Position numbers and translations under genes: made by a program
The notes under the pieces: model-generated
The model's input: only the letters and a program-made list of their open reading frames with translations
Told to the model about the DNA's origin: nothing
Databases searched by the model: none
In this document: positions 19,740-30,197 of the stretch, piece after piece
How positions within the stretch are numbered: the first letter of the stretch is position 1
How the letters are laid out: each line of letters begins with the position of its first letter
Assembly (NCBI GenBank): GCA_964346765.1
Contig: CAYFWB010000001.1
Location: 226,087 to 290,086, forward strand
Reading direction: 5' to 3'
Source: an uncultured Candidatus Peribacteria bacterium
Lineage (GTDB): Bacteria; Patescibacteriota; Gracilibacteria; UBA1369
DNA: 64,000 nucleotides

Positions 19740-21271
19740 ATAATTAAGGATTTAGGTGTCATTTCTTTCGGTTTTTTTATATTCATGATGTCGAGTACTG
19801 TGGCGGCGATGTTTTTAAGGCCTTTGTTTTTTTTGAGTGCGGCGTTTTTATATTTTTCGGACACAAGGATAAAAGGTACGGGATTGGTGGTATGAGAAGG
19901 GCAAGGTTTTTTGCTTTTTTCGTATATCATGTATTCGGCGTTTCCATGGTCGGCTGTGATTAGCAAATTGTAGCCTTTTTTTAATGCTTTTTTGTATATT
20001 TTACCAATACATTCGTCGATTGTTTCGCATGCCTTTACGACCGCTTCGTATTCACCGGAGTGTCCCACAAGATCGCAATTGGCGAAGTTTTGAATTATAA
20101 AGTCGTGATTTTTGTCCAATTGTTTTAATACTTTATCGGTGATTTCTAAAGCGCTCATTTCCGGTTTTTGATCGTAGGAGGGGACTTTGGGTGAATCCAC
20201 CATTATACGAGTTTCATTTTTACACGGTTCTTCTTCTTGGCTGTTAAAGAAGAAAGTGACATGTGCGTATTTTTCGGTTTCCGCTACATGCAGTTGTTTT
20301 TTTTGGTTTTTTTCAAGCGTCCTGGCAAGGTTTGTTTTGATTTTTGGCGTATAGAACACAACAGGAGCTTGATCGGAATATTCTCCGAACACTACAAGTT
20401 TGGGTCGGACTTCTTGTTTTATTTTGAATCCGACATTTTCTTCTCCGGTAAAACAGTAAGTTAACTGTCTTGGGCGGTCTGTTCTGAAATTGAAGAATAT
20501 TATGCTTTCATTGTCATGAATTAAGCCGTCAGGTTTTAGTAAAATGGGTTTGATATAGTAGTCTGTTTTGATCCCGTTTTTATAAGAATTTTTGATAGCT
20601 GTGACGGCGTTTTTTTCTTTCGTGCCTTTGCCTTGGGTTAAAAGTTCATACGCTTTTTGTGTGCGTTTCCAGTTGTGGTCACGGTCCATGGCGTAAAATC
20701 TTCCGACTATCGTCGCGATTTCACATGATTGTTTTTTGCCGTCGAATTTTAGTTTTTCGATTTGTTCCCCGATCATTTTGATATACTTTTCCGCGGATTT
20801 TTCGGGAACATCGCGGCCGTCCGTAATGGCGTGAATGTAGGTTTTTGCGACCTTATGTTTTTTCGCCATCCGCATTAACGCGAACAGATGTTTTATGTGT
20901 GAGTGTACACCTTCATCTGAAATCATGCCCAGTAAATGCAGGGGAGTGCCGGTTTTGTTGGCGTGATTGATCGCTTTAACAATTTTTTTTTGACTGAAAA
21001 ATTTTTTATTTTTGATACTGCGATTAATTTGTTCATAAGACTGATAAACGATTTTTCCGGCACCAATGGTGTAGTGGCCAACTTCGGAATTGCCCATTGC
21101 CCCCTTGGGAAGTCCGACTTCATTGCCGGAAGCTTTAAGTAATGTGTCGGGATATGCTTTTTTTAAGTAATCAAAATTCGGCATGTGAGCGGCTTTTATC
21201 GCGTTGCCTTTATAATTTTTACCCTCGCCTAATCCGTCCAGTATCATCAAATATACTTTTTCTTTTTTCAT
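19736..21271 (-). CDS. gpmI: 2,3-bisphosphoglycerate-independent phosphoglycerate mutase
   Basis: LMILDGLG, GNSEVGH, DGRD and ADHGNAE motifs, 511 aa. Confidence 0.92.
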   Translation of the reverse strand: MKKEKVYLMILDGLGEGKNYKGNAIKAAHMPNFDYLKKAYPDTLLKASGNEVGLPKGAMGNSEVGHYTIGAGKIVYQSYEQINRSIKNKKFFSQKKIVKAINHANKTGTPLHLLGMISDEGVHSHIKHLFALMRMAKKHKVAKTYIHAITDGRDVPEKSAEKYIKMIGEQIEKLKFDGKKQSCEIATIVGRFYAMDRDHNWKRTQKAYELLTQGKGTKEKNAVTAIKNSYKNGIKTDYYIKPILLKPDGLIHDNESIIFFNFRTDRPRQLTYCFTGEENVGFKIKQEVRPKLVVFGEYSDQAPVVFYTPKIKTNLARTLEKNQKKQLHVAETEKYAHVTFFFNSQEEEPCKNETRIMVDSPKVPSYDQKPEMSALEITDKVLKQLDKNHDFIIQNFANCDLVGHSGEYEAVVKACETIDECIGKIYKKALKKGYNLLITADHGNAEYMIYEKSKKPCPSHTTNPVPFILVSEKYKNAALKKNKGLKNIAATVLDIMNIKKPKEMTPKSLII

Positions 21272-21273
21272 GA

Positions 21274-22089
21274 TTAAAAAATTATTAAGCTATTAAGGTA
21301 CCAGTTTAATATTTCCGAACCGAAAAACATTGTAAGAAAGGCACCGAGGATCAAAAAAGGTCCAAACGGAATTTGGCTTTTCATGTTCGCTTTTTTGGAT
21401 AATAAAAGCGGTATACTTATTAAAGCTCCAATGAAATAACTTGCTACAATGTTCAGTAAAAACAGTTGCCACCCGAAAATTATCGCCAAAGCGATTGCCA
21501 GATACAGATCACCTTTGCCCAGCCACTTGCCTTTTGAAAACCAGATCTGTCCGCCGAACATGACCAAGGCTATTAACACGGCAATAACCGCGCTTATAAT
21601 TTCGGGGGTTCCCATGATAAGTGTTCCCATTATGCCGAGTCCAATCAGAGGATAGAGAAATAAATCCGGGATTTGATTGGTTTGTAAATCGAAGAAAAAA
21701 ATTGCTACAAAAAAACAGCCGTAAATGCCAAAGAATATCGCGGTTACCAGTAAATTAAGATCCGGCATGAATGTGCCGTTTTGTAGCCAGTATAAAAAGG
21801 GATATTTAAGATAAACCGAAAGCAGTACCAATCCGGTAATAAGTTCCAGGAAAAAATAATACGGTGTGATTTGTTTTTTACAATGTCGGCATCTGCCTCT
21901 TAAAATAAGATAACTGGCTATGGGGATCATGTCCGTGATTACAAGTTTTTTCTTACATTCGGGGCAATATGACTGACCGAAAATAATTCCTTTTTCACCT
22001 TTTTTTATCCTATATAGTACAACGCTTAAGAAACTGCCGATGCTAGCTCCGAGCAAAAATATAAAAATTAAAATTAAAATTTGCGCCAT
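21274..22089 (-). CDS. prepilin peptidase (A24 family, type IV leader peptidase/N-methyltransferase-like)
   Basis: Zn-binding CPECKKKL...CRHCKKQI N-terminal domain plus a polytopic A24 body. Confidence 0.85.
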   Translation of the reverse strand: MAQILILIFIFLLGASIGSFLSVVLYRIKKGEKGIIFGQSYCPECKKKLVITDMIPIASYLILRGRCRHCKKQITPYYFFLELITGLVLLSVYLKYPFLYWLQNGTFMPDLNLLVTAIFFGIYGCFFVAIFFFDLQTNQIPDLFLYPLIGLGIMGTLIMGTPEIISAVIAVLIALVMFGGQIWFSKGKWLGKGDLYLAIALAIIFGWQLFLLNIVASYFIGALISIPLLLSKKANMKSQIPFGPFLILGAFLTMFFGSEILNWYLNSLIIF

Positions 22090-22092
22090 GAT

Positions 22093-23607
22093 TTATTGAT
22101 TTAACGTGTCTGCTTTTAGGCTAGAATAATCCATTTCTTTCATTTTGCCAATAATATTGTTATACTTGTCGGCGGCCACTTCACTGATGGAATTGCCGTT
22201 ACCGATATTGTAGGCCTGGTTGTAATAATTCAGAGCTCCTTTGGGATCACCCTTTTGTTCAAGAAGTAAGCCGTAGTTTAAATAAACCGCGTCCAGGTTC
22301 GGGTCTATAGAATGTGCCTTTTCTAATAGAGTTTTGGCGTCATCAAGACGGTTAATCGATATTGAAGCCCAGCCCAGCAAGTTATAGCTCATGGCTTCGC
22401 CGGGATGCGCTGAGACGGTTTTATTAGCCAATGCCACCGCTTTTTCCGGTTTTTTTAGTTTGTCTATGTAAATCCAAATAGGTTTTACATAGTAATAAAC
22501 ATCTTGATCATTGAGGCTGACGACTTCTTCAAAATTTTCGGCGGATTTTTCGTAATTTTGTAGTTTAAGGTATATTTCCGCCAATTTTTGATTAACCTGA
22601 ATTACAGGTTCGTAACCGTTTTTCTTGGCAAGTTCAAGATATGCCACGGCCTTTTCCGGGTTATTCAGACCGTAATATCCAACGCCCAAAAAGAAAGATG
22701 TCTGAGGCCTTACAGGATCCAGTTTGCGCGCCTCTTCAAACGCGTCCACCGCGTCTTGATATTTTTCTTGATTGAGGTAAGCGTAGCCGAGTATGATCCA
22801 GGCGTCACGGTAGTTTTTTTTCTCTTTTAGAACATCAAAAAGCAGCGGAATGGCAAGATTATATTCACCGGCGTTTACATAGGCTTTGGCAAGAAGCGTG
22901 TGTAGGTGAATGTTCATACCTCCTTGATTTGAATTGAATTCATCATACGCGGAAATGAGATTTTGGGCGTAGGTTGAAATCTCAGGATCGGTTCCGATGT
23001 TGACGACTTCATAAAAAAGATTTTTAGCTTTTTCATGGTTGGAAAAATATGCTGTTAAAAGAGCCTGATAGTATTTAGACAATTGATTATGTATGTGAAT
23101 CGAATCAAAAATTTTTTTGGCTTCCTCGAATTTTCTTTCCGCGATTAATGATCTGCCCAAGTAAGTATTTGCGTTTAAATTATCCGGATTGATTTGTAAA
23201 GCTTGTTCAAAGTTGATTTTGGCTTTTATGTAATCGTCGTCTTCAAAATGAATTATCCCGATTCGGATCAGAGGAGAGGGGTTTGCGGGACTGACTTCTA
23301 AAGCTGATTCATATTCTGCGATGGCGAGTGAGTGATATCCCCGATCATATAATGCTTTGGCCCGATTCATATATTCGCTGTAGCTTTTTGACCGCGCAAC
23401 TTTTTCATCTTCGGTCAGGCTTTCTTTTTCCGCCGCCAAAAATTCGGGCAGTTGATCGGGGTCAGTTTGTTCCGGGGTTATTTCTTCTTCTCTTTCTTCG
23501 ATAAAAGGACCGCCGGGATTAAAAGGGAAAATATCGAATGAATATAGCGCCAGTCCTATGAAAAGGACTATCATAAAACCTATTAATGTATTGAGTATCT
23601 GTTTCAT
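22093..23607 (-). CDS. membrane-anchored tetratricopeptide (TPR) repeat protein
   Basis: N-terminal TM helix and more than 10 TPR-like 34-aa repeats (AxxxYxxALxxxPxxxxA). Confidence 0.8.
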   Translation of the reverse strand: MKQILNTLIGFMIVLFIGLALYSFDIFPFNPGGPFIEEREEEITPEQTDPDQLPEFLAAEKESLTEDEKVARSKSYSEYMNRAKALYDRGYHSLAIAEYESALEVSPANPSPLIRIGIIHFEDDDYIKAKINFEQALQINPDNLNANTYLGRSLIAERKFEEAKKIFDSIHIHNQLSKYYQALLTAYFSNHEKAKNLFYEVVNIGTDPEISTYAQNLISAYDEFNSNQGGMNIHLHTLLAKAYVNAGEYNLAIPLLFDVLKEKKNYRDAWIILGYAYLNQEKYQDAVDAFEEARKLDPVRPQTSFFLGVGYYGLNNPEKAVAYLELAKKNGYEPVIQVNQKLAEIYLKLQNYEKSAENFEEVVSLNDQDVYYYVKPIWIYIDKLKKPEKAVALANKTVSAHPGEAMSYNLLGWASISINRLDDAKTLLEKAHSIDPNLDAVYLNYGLLLEQKGDPKGALNYYNQAYNIGNGNSISEVAADKYNNIIGKMKEMDYSSLKADTLNQ

Positions 23608-23614
23608 TGATTAT

Positions 23615-24112
23615 TTATTCATGTGCGCACACTTTCTCTGTGAATTGTACTACATTTGAGTGGCATATTGCCACAGCTAGTGCGTCGGCGGCGTCGTCGG
23701 GGCGGGGGATTTTACGCATCTCCAGAATTATTTGTACCATTCTTTGAATTTGTTTTTTGTCCGCTCTGCCGTATCCGCTGATCGCTTCTTTGATCTGCAT
23801 GGGTTTGTATTCATATATTTGATAACCCCGCTCTGCCAGTTTTTGCATTATTGCTCCGCGGGCGTGGGCCACTGTCATGGCTGTTTTAACATTTTTGCTG
23901 AAGAATAATTCTTCAATTGCGATGGCATCCGGTTTCCAGTGGATGATGATTTTCAGAAGATCTTTGCTGATTTGATAAAGTCTTGCGGGGAGCGTTTCAT
24001 TGGCGATCGTTTCTATACAGCCGTAATCAAGTAATGTGAGTTGTTCACCGTTACTTTCTATAACTCCAAATCCCGTTGTGGCAGTTCCCGGATCGAGTCC
24101 CAGTATTATCAT
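23615..24112 (-). CDS. ruvC: crossover junction endodeoxyribonuclease RuvC
   Basis: MIILGLDPGTATTGFG, AIEELFF and DAADALAVAICH catalytic pattern. Confidence 0.9.
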   Translation of the reverse strand: MIILGLDPGTATTGFGVIESNGEQLTLLDYGCIETIANETLPARLYQISKDLLKIIIHWKPDAIAIEELFFSKNVKTAMTVAHARGAIMQKLAERGYQIYEYKPMQIKEAISGYGRADKKQIQRMVQIILEMRKIPRPDDAADALAVAICHSNVVQFTEKVCAHE

Positions 24113-24147
24113 TAATTAGAATTAAGGTTTATTAGATTATATAAACC

Positions 24148-25566
24148 TTAAGAGTGTGTGTCTATTATCAATGTGCAAATTGTTTTTTCGTTATTGGATG
24201 CGTTTGTAACTATCACGACCTTATCGTTCTTTTTGACAAGTTTGTTTTTTAGCAGAATTTTTTTAACGGTTTTTTCCCGTTCCGCCGATTTAATCGAGGT
24301 GATAATGACTTTTTGTACGCCCCATACAAGTTGCAATTGCCTTGCCACTTTATCGTCTTCTGTAAATGCGATTATCGGGATGTAAATTCTGTGTTTGGAA
24401 ACATGTTTTGCTGTGAATCCGGAATATGTGATTGTAACGATCAATTTAGCTTCTATTTCTTCCGCCAGTCTTGCGGCGCTGGCGCATGTGGCGTATGAAA
24501 CCGGTCGTTTGTCATGAAATAACCTGTTGGGAAGAAAGTGTTGATTATTGGAGAGGTCTTTTTCGGTTAAAGTGGCGATTTTTGACATCATACTCACCGC
24601 TTTAACCGGATATTTGCCTACGGCGCTTTCGCTTGAAAGCATTATGGCGTCGGTATGGTCAAAAATCGCATTAGCCACGTCGCTCACTTCTGCCCGTGTC
24701 GGTTTAGCGTTTTGAATCATGGATTGCAACATTTCTGTCGCCGTTATAACCGGTTTCCCATGATTATTAGCCAGGTGTATCATCTGTTTTTGAATCAGCG
24801 GCACTTTTTCGGGACTTATTTCCACGCCCATGTCTCCGCGCGCCACCATCACTCCATCGGCTTCTTTTATAATTTCTTCAAGATTATCCACGGCTTCATG
24901 TCTTTCAACTTTTGCAATGATTTTGGCGCGCCCGTGCTTACGTCTAATCAGATCACGCAGTTCTTCAATATTTTTCGCGTTCTTGACAAAAGAAAGCGCA
25001 ACATAATCAACGTTATGTTCAATTCCGAAAATCAGGTCTTTTTTATCCTTGGCCGTTATCGGGTGAGCTTTGATCGAAGCTGTGGGCACGTTGATACCTT
25101 TGCTGGTTTTTACCAATCCGCCGGTAATAACCTTGCAATGAATCTCTTTATTTACAATTTTTATTACTTCAAGTTCGATCAGACCGTCGTTTATTAAAAT
25201 GCGGTCTTTTTTATTTATATCCGACGCTAGTTTTTTGTACTGGACAGGAATATTTGATTCGTCTCCGATAATATTTCTGGGAGTAAGAATAATTGATTTT
25301 CCTTTTTTGATCATTACTCCTTCTTGCGGCATTTTGCCCACTCTGATTTTTGGGCCTTGAAGATCCTGCAAAATAGCCACCCTTAACCCCATTTCTTTTT
25401 CCAGTTCGCGGATATTTTTTATAACGTCATGAAAAGTGTTATTTCCCCGATGCGAAAAATTGAGCCTGGCGACATTCATGCCGGTTTTAATCATTTTTTT
25501 GAGCATCGTTTTTTCCAAAGAAGCGGGGCCGATTGTACAAACTATTTTTGTCTGTTTTTTATACAT
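24148..25566 (-). CDS. pyk: pyruvate kinase
   Basis: TKIVCTIGPAS, MNVARLNFSHG-like, IIAKVE and MVARGDMGVE motifs. Confidence 0.93.
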   Translation of the reverse strand: MYKKQTKIVCTIGPASLEKTMLKKMIKTGMNVARLNFSHRGNNTFHDVIKNIRELEKEMGLRVAILQDLQGPKIRVGKMPQEGVMIKKGKSIILTPRNIIGDESNIPVQYKKLASDINKKDRILINDGLIELEVIKIVNKEIHCKVITGGLVKTSKGINVPTASIKAHPITAKDKKDLIFGIEHNVDYVALSFVKNAKNIEELRDLIRRKHGRAKIIAKVERHEAVDNLEEIIKEADGVMVARGDMGVEISPEKVPLIQKQMIHLANNHGKPVITATEMLQSMIQNAKPTRAEVSDVANAIFDHTDAIMLSSESAVGKYPVKAVSMMSKIATLTEKDLSNNQHFLPNRLFHDKRPVSYATCASAARLAEEIEAKLIVTITYSGFTAKHVSKHRIYIPIIAFTEDDKVARQLQLVWGVQKVIITSIKSAEREKTVKKILLKNKLVKKNDKVVIVTNASNNEKTICTLIIDTHS

Positions 25567-25580
25567 TTTGATTAGTTGTT

Positions 25581-25922
25581 TTATTCAAGATGTTGAATCA
25601 TGTTTTCCAGTTCTTTGATTTTTTTTTCTTCGCGTCTTGAGTTAATTTCTTCAAGTTTTTTTTGGGTTTCGCTTGAACTTTTTTTGATTTCGTTTTTGAG
25701 TTTTTTCAGGCCTTCATCGAGTTCGCGCTTTTGTTCAATAAAGATTTTTTTTCTTGTTTCTTTGTCGTTTTTTGGAACATTTGCAATTTTTTTTGCGGTT
25801 TTTCGCGCTATTTCATCGCAGTGGTTGTTAAAAGCGTTTTGAAGTTTCGAAAGATAATCTTTTTGGGAGGAAATAATTCTTTTATATTCATGTTCTAGTG
25901 TGATTTGTTTCTGTTTTGCCAT
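25581..25922 (-). CDS. hypothetical K/E-rich coiled-coil protein (113 aa)
   Basis: Intact ORF with a heptad-like charged sequence. No family recognised. Confidence 0.45.
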   Translation of the reverse strand: MAKQKQITLEHEYKRIISSQKDYLSKLQNAFNNHCDEIARKTAKKIANVPKNDKETRKKIFIEQKRELDEGLKKLKNEIKKSSSETQKKLEEINSRREEKKIKELENMIQHLE

Positions 25923-26024
25923 AAATTTATATTAAAGACTATAGTTTATTATACCAGAAATTGTTCTTTTATTAAAGGAACTGCTTTGTGTTAAGCACAA
26001 TATTATTGTAATTGATTTATTGTT

Positions 26025-27797
26025 TTATTTTACTGTGACACTTTTAGCCAGGTTGCGGGGCATGTCGGGGTTGTTTTGTCTCAGTATGGCCAGATGATAT
26101 GCCAGGAGTTGAACGGGAATAATGTTGACGATAGGGGACGCGTTTCCGGCTTCGGGAACTTTGATCCAATAATCGAAAACGTTTTCATTCTGTGGGGAAA
26201 CACCTATTATGTATCCGCCGCGCGCTTTGATTTCCTGGGCGTTATTCAAAATGTCGTTACCGGTTTCGTCGTTTGCGACAAGCGCGATGCAGGGAGTCCC
26301 TTCGCTTATTAATGCAATTGGTCCATGTTTTAATTCCCCGCCCGCGAAACCTTCGGCGTGGATATAGGAAACTTCTTGCAGTTTTATGGCCGATTCCAGA
26401 GCCATCGGGTAATTAACGGCTTTTCCGATCACGTACATGCTTTCAAAGTCTTTGATTTTTTCTGCCAGTGTATGAATATGTTCTTCATATCTCGGATTAA
26501 GCATGTCGTTGATTTTCCCGGCTGTTTCTATCAATAACCTTTTTCCCTCTTGCAGATCTCCTTTAAGGGCGTATGCAAGCGTCGTTAAAATCGCTATTTG
26601 CGAAGTGGTGGCTTTGGTGGACGCGACGGCTTTTTCCGGCCCCGCTTTAATGTGAATGGTGTAATCGGACAATCTATCCATTGTGGATCCTTCAACATTA
26701 ACAATTGACAGAATTTTTGCACCTTTCTTTTTCGCGACTTCAATTGCCTCTAATGTGTCTGCGGTTTCTCCACTTTGTGAAACGGCTATTACAAGGCTTC
26801 TTTCTTTTAAAAATCCTTCGTAGCTCGGGAATTCGGATCCAACAACCACATTTATATGTCTCTGCGCCACTTTTGAAAAAATGTAAGATGCGGCGTGACA
26901 AACTTTTCCGGCTGTACCGCATCCTATTAAAAAAGTTCCATATGCTCCTTTTATCTCATTGGCTATATGAAGAATTTGTGCATCATTTTGATTGATGGCT
27001 CTGTAAATTGTATCTTTTTGTTCCATAATCTCTTTGATCATGAAATGTTTAAAGTCTCCTTTTTCCGCGTTCTTGGCTTCCCAGTTTATTTCAACTATTC
27101 TTTTTTCAAGCTCTGCGCCATTTTCAAGATTGTAAAAATGTGGTTTTTCGTTGATTACAATCATTTCATTGTCGTCTATATACATGACTTTGTTGGTGTG
27201 TTCCAAAAATGCCGGAATGTCTGAAGCCACGAAATGCTCTTTATCTCCTACACCTATAATTAAGGGTGACCCGCGGCGGGCGGCCACTATTCTGTGGTCA
27301 TCCGCGCTGATGGCTAATATTGCGTATCGTCCTTTTAATTCTTTGATGGCGTTTTTCACGGCCGAAGGAAAGTCTTCACTTGTTTTTGCGTGATCCGCAA
27401 TCAGGTGAACTATTGTTTCGGTGTCCGTTTCCGATAGAAATTTATAACCTTTTGCCTGTAATTTTTTTTTTAGTTCTTGAAAATTTTCGATAATGCCGTT
27501 ATGGACTATTGCATATTTGCTGTTGTTATCGGTGTGGGGATGAGCATTTGCTTCGGTTACGCCGCCATGTGTCGCCCACCTGGAATGGCCGATAGCCAGT
27601 TTGCTTTCGGGGAAGTCGGCCGCGGACGTATTAAATTCGCCAATTTTACCGACTTTTTTTACAGTCTCTATGTGTGAATTTAGCGCGTAAGCGATGCCCC
27701 ATGAATCATATCCTCTGTATTCAAGTTTTTTTAAACCGTTAACCACCAGTTTAGGGGCGTTTTTCTTGGGTCCTGAATATGCAAATATTCCACACAT
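26025..27797 (-). CDS. glmS: glutamine--fructose-6-phosphate aminotransferase
   Basis: N-terminal MCGIF Ntn-amidotransferase domain plus two SIS domains, ending in ...KSVTVK. Confidence 0.95.
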   Translation of the reverse strand: MCGIFAYSGPKKNAPKLVVNGLKKLEYRGYDSWGIAYALNSHIETVKKVGKIGEFNTSAADFPESKLAIGHSRWATHGGVTEANAHPHTDNNSKYAIVHNGIIENFQELKKKLQAKGYKFLSETDTETIVHLIADHAKTSEDFPSAVKNAIKELKGRYAILAISADDHRIVAARRGSPLIIGVGDKEHFVASDIPAFLEHTNKVMYIDDNEMIVINEKPHFYNLENGAELEKRIVEINWEAKNAEKGDFKHFMIKEIMEQKDTIYRAINQNDAQILHIANEIKGAYGTFLIGCGTAGKVCHAASYIFSKVAQRHINVVVGSEFPSYEGFLKERSLVIAVSQSGETADTLEAIEVAKKKGAKILSIVNVEGSTMDRLSDYTIHIKAGPEKAVASTKATTSQIAILTTLAYALKGDLQEGKRLLIETAGKINDMLNPRYEEHIHTLAEKIKDFESMYVIGKAVNYPMALESAIKLQEVSYIHAEGFAGGELKHGPIALISEGTPCIALVANDETGNDILNNAQEIKARGGYIIGVSPQNENVFDYWIKVPEAGNASPIVNIIPVQLLAYHLAILRQNNPDMPRNLAKSVTVK

Positions 27798-27821
27798 GAT
27801 TGATTGTTTGTACTGTTAATA

Positions 27822-29147
27822 CTATTGAAGCGCCATGATACCGGCCGCGTTGGGGTTATGGAAAATGTGTGTTTCGATAAGCTTATTTACCGATTCTTGT
27901 TTTTTTAAACCGATATTCCACATAACTCCTTTTTCGATTTTTGTTATTTCTTCCCGCGAAAAGTGTGTTTTTATTTTTGAATAAACGCTTTTGCCGGCGT
28001 AGTTATCCAGATCTTTTACCACATAATTGAATTGTTTCTGCTTCTGGAAAGCTTTTTCCATAAGTCCTTGTTTTTTGTCGAATAGGTAATACTTATTATT
28101 GATAATGATGGTGGGTATTTCTTTATTTAGGTTTGCCAATTCGCCGCTTCTTAAAAGTTTTTCGGCAACTTTTTTCTTGTCGGCGTTTTTTTTGCAATGA
28201 ATACTGTAATATATCCGTCTTTGAAGTTTCAGGTTCTTAAATCCTTTTTGTTTCATGGTATTTTCTATGGTTCTTTCTTCGTTGTCGGTAATGATCAGTT
28301 TAACTTGGATTTCTATGTCAGGTTTTTTCTTTTGTTCTTCAACAATATCTTTCACGATTATTTTTTTGGTTTGCGTTGCTTTTTTGGGGATAACAAGTTT
28401 GAATACTCCTTTTAGGTATTCCGCCACAGAATTGAAAATAAGTTGTCCTTCGATTTCGGTTCTTTCAGGATGAGGCATCAGTGACATTACATTTCCCCGT
28501 CTGTTACATACCCCCGCCAGATTATAGACCGCTCCGTTGGGATTTACGGGAAATTCGTCAATAATTTTACCATTAGAGTCGCAATACCTGAATACGGTTT
28601 GATCATTTTCGATAAGTGATTTTAGTACTTCCGGGTTTTTAATGGTGAATCTGCCCTCGGCGTGAGCAATCGGAATTTTTATGATTTGATCTTTTTCATA
28701 GTTATTGAATGCGCTTCTGCCTCTTTTGGCATCGCTCCGCATATAAATCCAATCATTATAAAAACCGTTTCCAAGAATTTTCCCTTTATAAACCCTTTCA
28801 TTCCAGTTTAATCCCATCTCCGGCTGATCTACGGTCAGACCCGGAATCAAGCCTGCTTCAACCAAAATTTGAGCACCGTTACAAATGCCAAAAACGATTT
28901 TTCCGTTATCGGCTTCTTTTTTTATGGATTCCATAATCGGATCTTTGGAAGCGATTATACCGGATCTGCCGCGGTCTTCATATGAAAAGCCGCCCGGGAT
29001 GATGAAAGCGTCGTAATTTTTCAGTTTGCGTTTGTTGTCGTTCCATCTAAAAATTTCTGGTTTCATGCCGGATCTTTCACAGGCTCGTAAAGATTCTAGT
29101 TCACAGTTTGTGCCTGGAAATAATATGACTGCTACAGTAGGTCTCAT
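27822..29147 (-). CDS. purQ: FGAM synthase glutaminase subunit PurQ fused to a C-terminal tandem PurS-like region
   Basis: N-terminal ~240 aa carry the class I GATase triad context (GGFSYEDR, GICNGAQIL, MPHPER). Residues ~270-441 contain two segments with the PurS pattern (IEIQVKLIITDNEERTIENTMKQKGFKNL...). Confidence 0.7.
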   Translation of the reverse strand: MRPTVAVILFPGTNCELESLRACERSGMKPEIFRWNDNKRKLKNYDAFIIPGGFSYEDRGRSGIIASKDPIMESIKKEADNGKIVFGICNGAQILVEAGLIPGLTVDQPEMGLNWNERVYKGKILGNGFYNDWIYMRSDAKRGRSAFNNYEKDQIIKIPIAHAEGRFTIKNPEVLKSLIENDQTVFRYCDSNGKIIDEFPVNPNGAVYNLAGVCNRRGNVMSLMPHPERTEIEGQLIFNSVAEYLKGVFKLVIPKKATQTKKIIVKDIVEEQKKKPDIEIQVKLIITDNEERTIENTMKQKGFKNLKLQRRIYYSIHCKKNADKKKVAEKLLRSGELANLNKEIPTIIINNKYYLFDKKQGLMEKAFQKQKQFNYVVKDLDNYAGKSVYSKIKTHFSREEITKIEKGVMWNIGLKKQESVNKLIETHIFHNPNAAGIMALQ

Positions 29148-29162
29148 TTTAATGGAAGTGTT

Positions 29163-30197
29163 TTAAAAAATTGTTAATATCAGATCCTTGATTTGTTTAG
29201 GAATTCTGGTCAGATTTTTAACTTTATTTCGCTCTACTAATACCATATCTTCAATCCTAACACCAAAGGAATTTTCAAGGTAAATACCCGGTTCCACGGT
29301 AACAACGGCGTTAAGAGGAATTGGTTTACTATAATTAGTTGACAGGTATGGAGCTTCATGTGCTTCAAGCCCGATGCCGTGTCCAAGGCTGTGTCCGAAT
29401 TCGGCATCGAATCCGGCTTCCTTGATTATATTTCTGGCATAGGCGTCGGCGTTTGATCCTGGTGAACCGGCTTTAAGATTGTTGATTGCGTTTAATTGTG
29501 CTTGAAGTACGGTTTGGTAAATTAATTTTTGCTTTGGCGTGGGCGGTGCTGTAAAGACGGTTCTGGTCATGTCGGAACAGTAGCCTTGGTATTTGAAACC
29601 GATGTCTATTAAAATCATGTCACCTTTTTTAAGTTTACGGTTTGACGTCTGATGATGAGGGCTGCCAGTGTTGTTACCGAACGCTACGATTGGCGAAAAC
29701 GCCGCCGCTTCTGCTCCCAGTTTCATGGCCTCTGATTCTATAATCAGCGCGATTTGACGTTCGGTGATGCCGTTTTTGATTTTTTTAAAGACTTTTTGGA
29801 GGGCTTTTTCGGTAATTTTTTGTGCATGAGTGATTTTGCGTATTTCATCCGGCAGTTTCTTAATTCTGAGTTTTTCCACATAATTATTGCCTTCTTTGAA
29901 TTTAATGTTTTTCAGCTTTGTTTTTAATAATTTAAGCCTGGCTACGCTTAGATGATTTTCTTCAAAAAGAAATGTATCTATTTTATGTTTTGTTATGATT
30001 TTTTGAATGTCTTTATACGGATCGGCGCTGATGATTGCTGTGATTTCGCGTGGGATCGAATTAATCACTTTTTTGTAGCGGAAATCGGTTAATAAATATT
30101 TTTTGCGTTTAGTTAAAATCATTACGGCGCTGGATCCGTAAAATTCGCTTAAGTATCTAATATTGATGAGATTTGTAATAAAGTGAGCCTGTGCCAT
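29163..30197 (-). CDS. Xaa-Pro aminopeptidase (M24B family)
   Basis: Creatinase-like N-domain and pita-bread fold metal ligands (DIGFKYQGYCSDMTRT, HSLGHGIGLEAHE, EPGIY, IED). Confidence 0.85.
   Translation of the reverse strand: MAQAHFITNLINIRYLSEFYGSSAVMILTKRKKYLLTDFRYKKVINSIPREITAIISADPYKDIQKIITKHKIDTFLFEENHLSVARLKLLKTKLKNIKFKEGNNYVEKLRIKKLPDEIRKITHAQKITEKALQKVFKKIKNGITERQIALIIESEAMKLGAEAAAFSPIVAFGNNTGSPHHQTSNRKLKKGDMILIDIGFKYQGYCSDMTRTVFTAPPTPKQKLIYQTVLQAQLNAINNLKAGSPGSNADAYARNIIKEAGFDAEFGHSLGHGIGLEAHEAPYLSTNYSKPIPLNAVVTVEPGIYLENSFGVRIEDMVLVERNKVKNLTRIPKQIKDLILTIF

Noticed and set aside
27798-27821. I looked for a glmS ribozyme upstream of glmS and a T-box leader upstream of trpS (9483-9550).
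   Set aside because: The intergenic spaces (about 24 and 68 nt) are far too short and lack the conserved cores.
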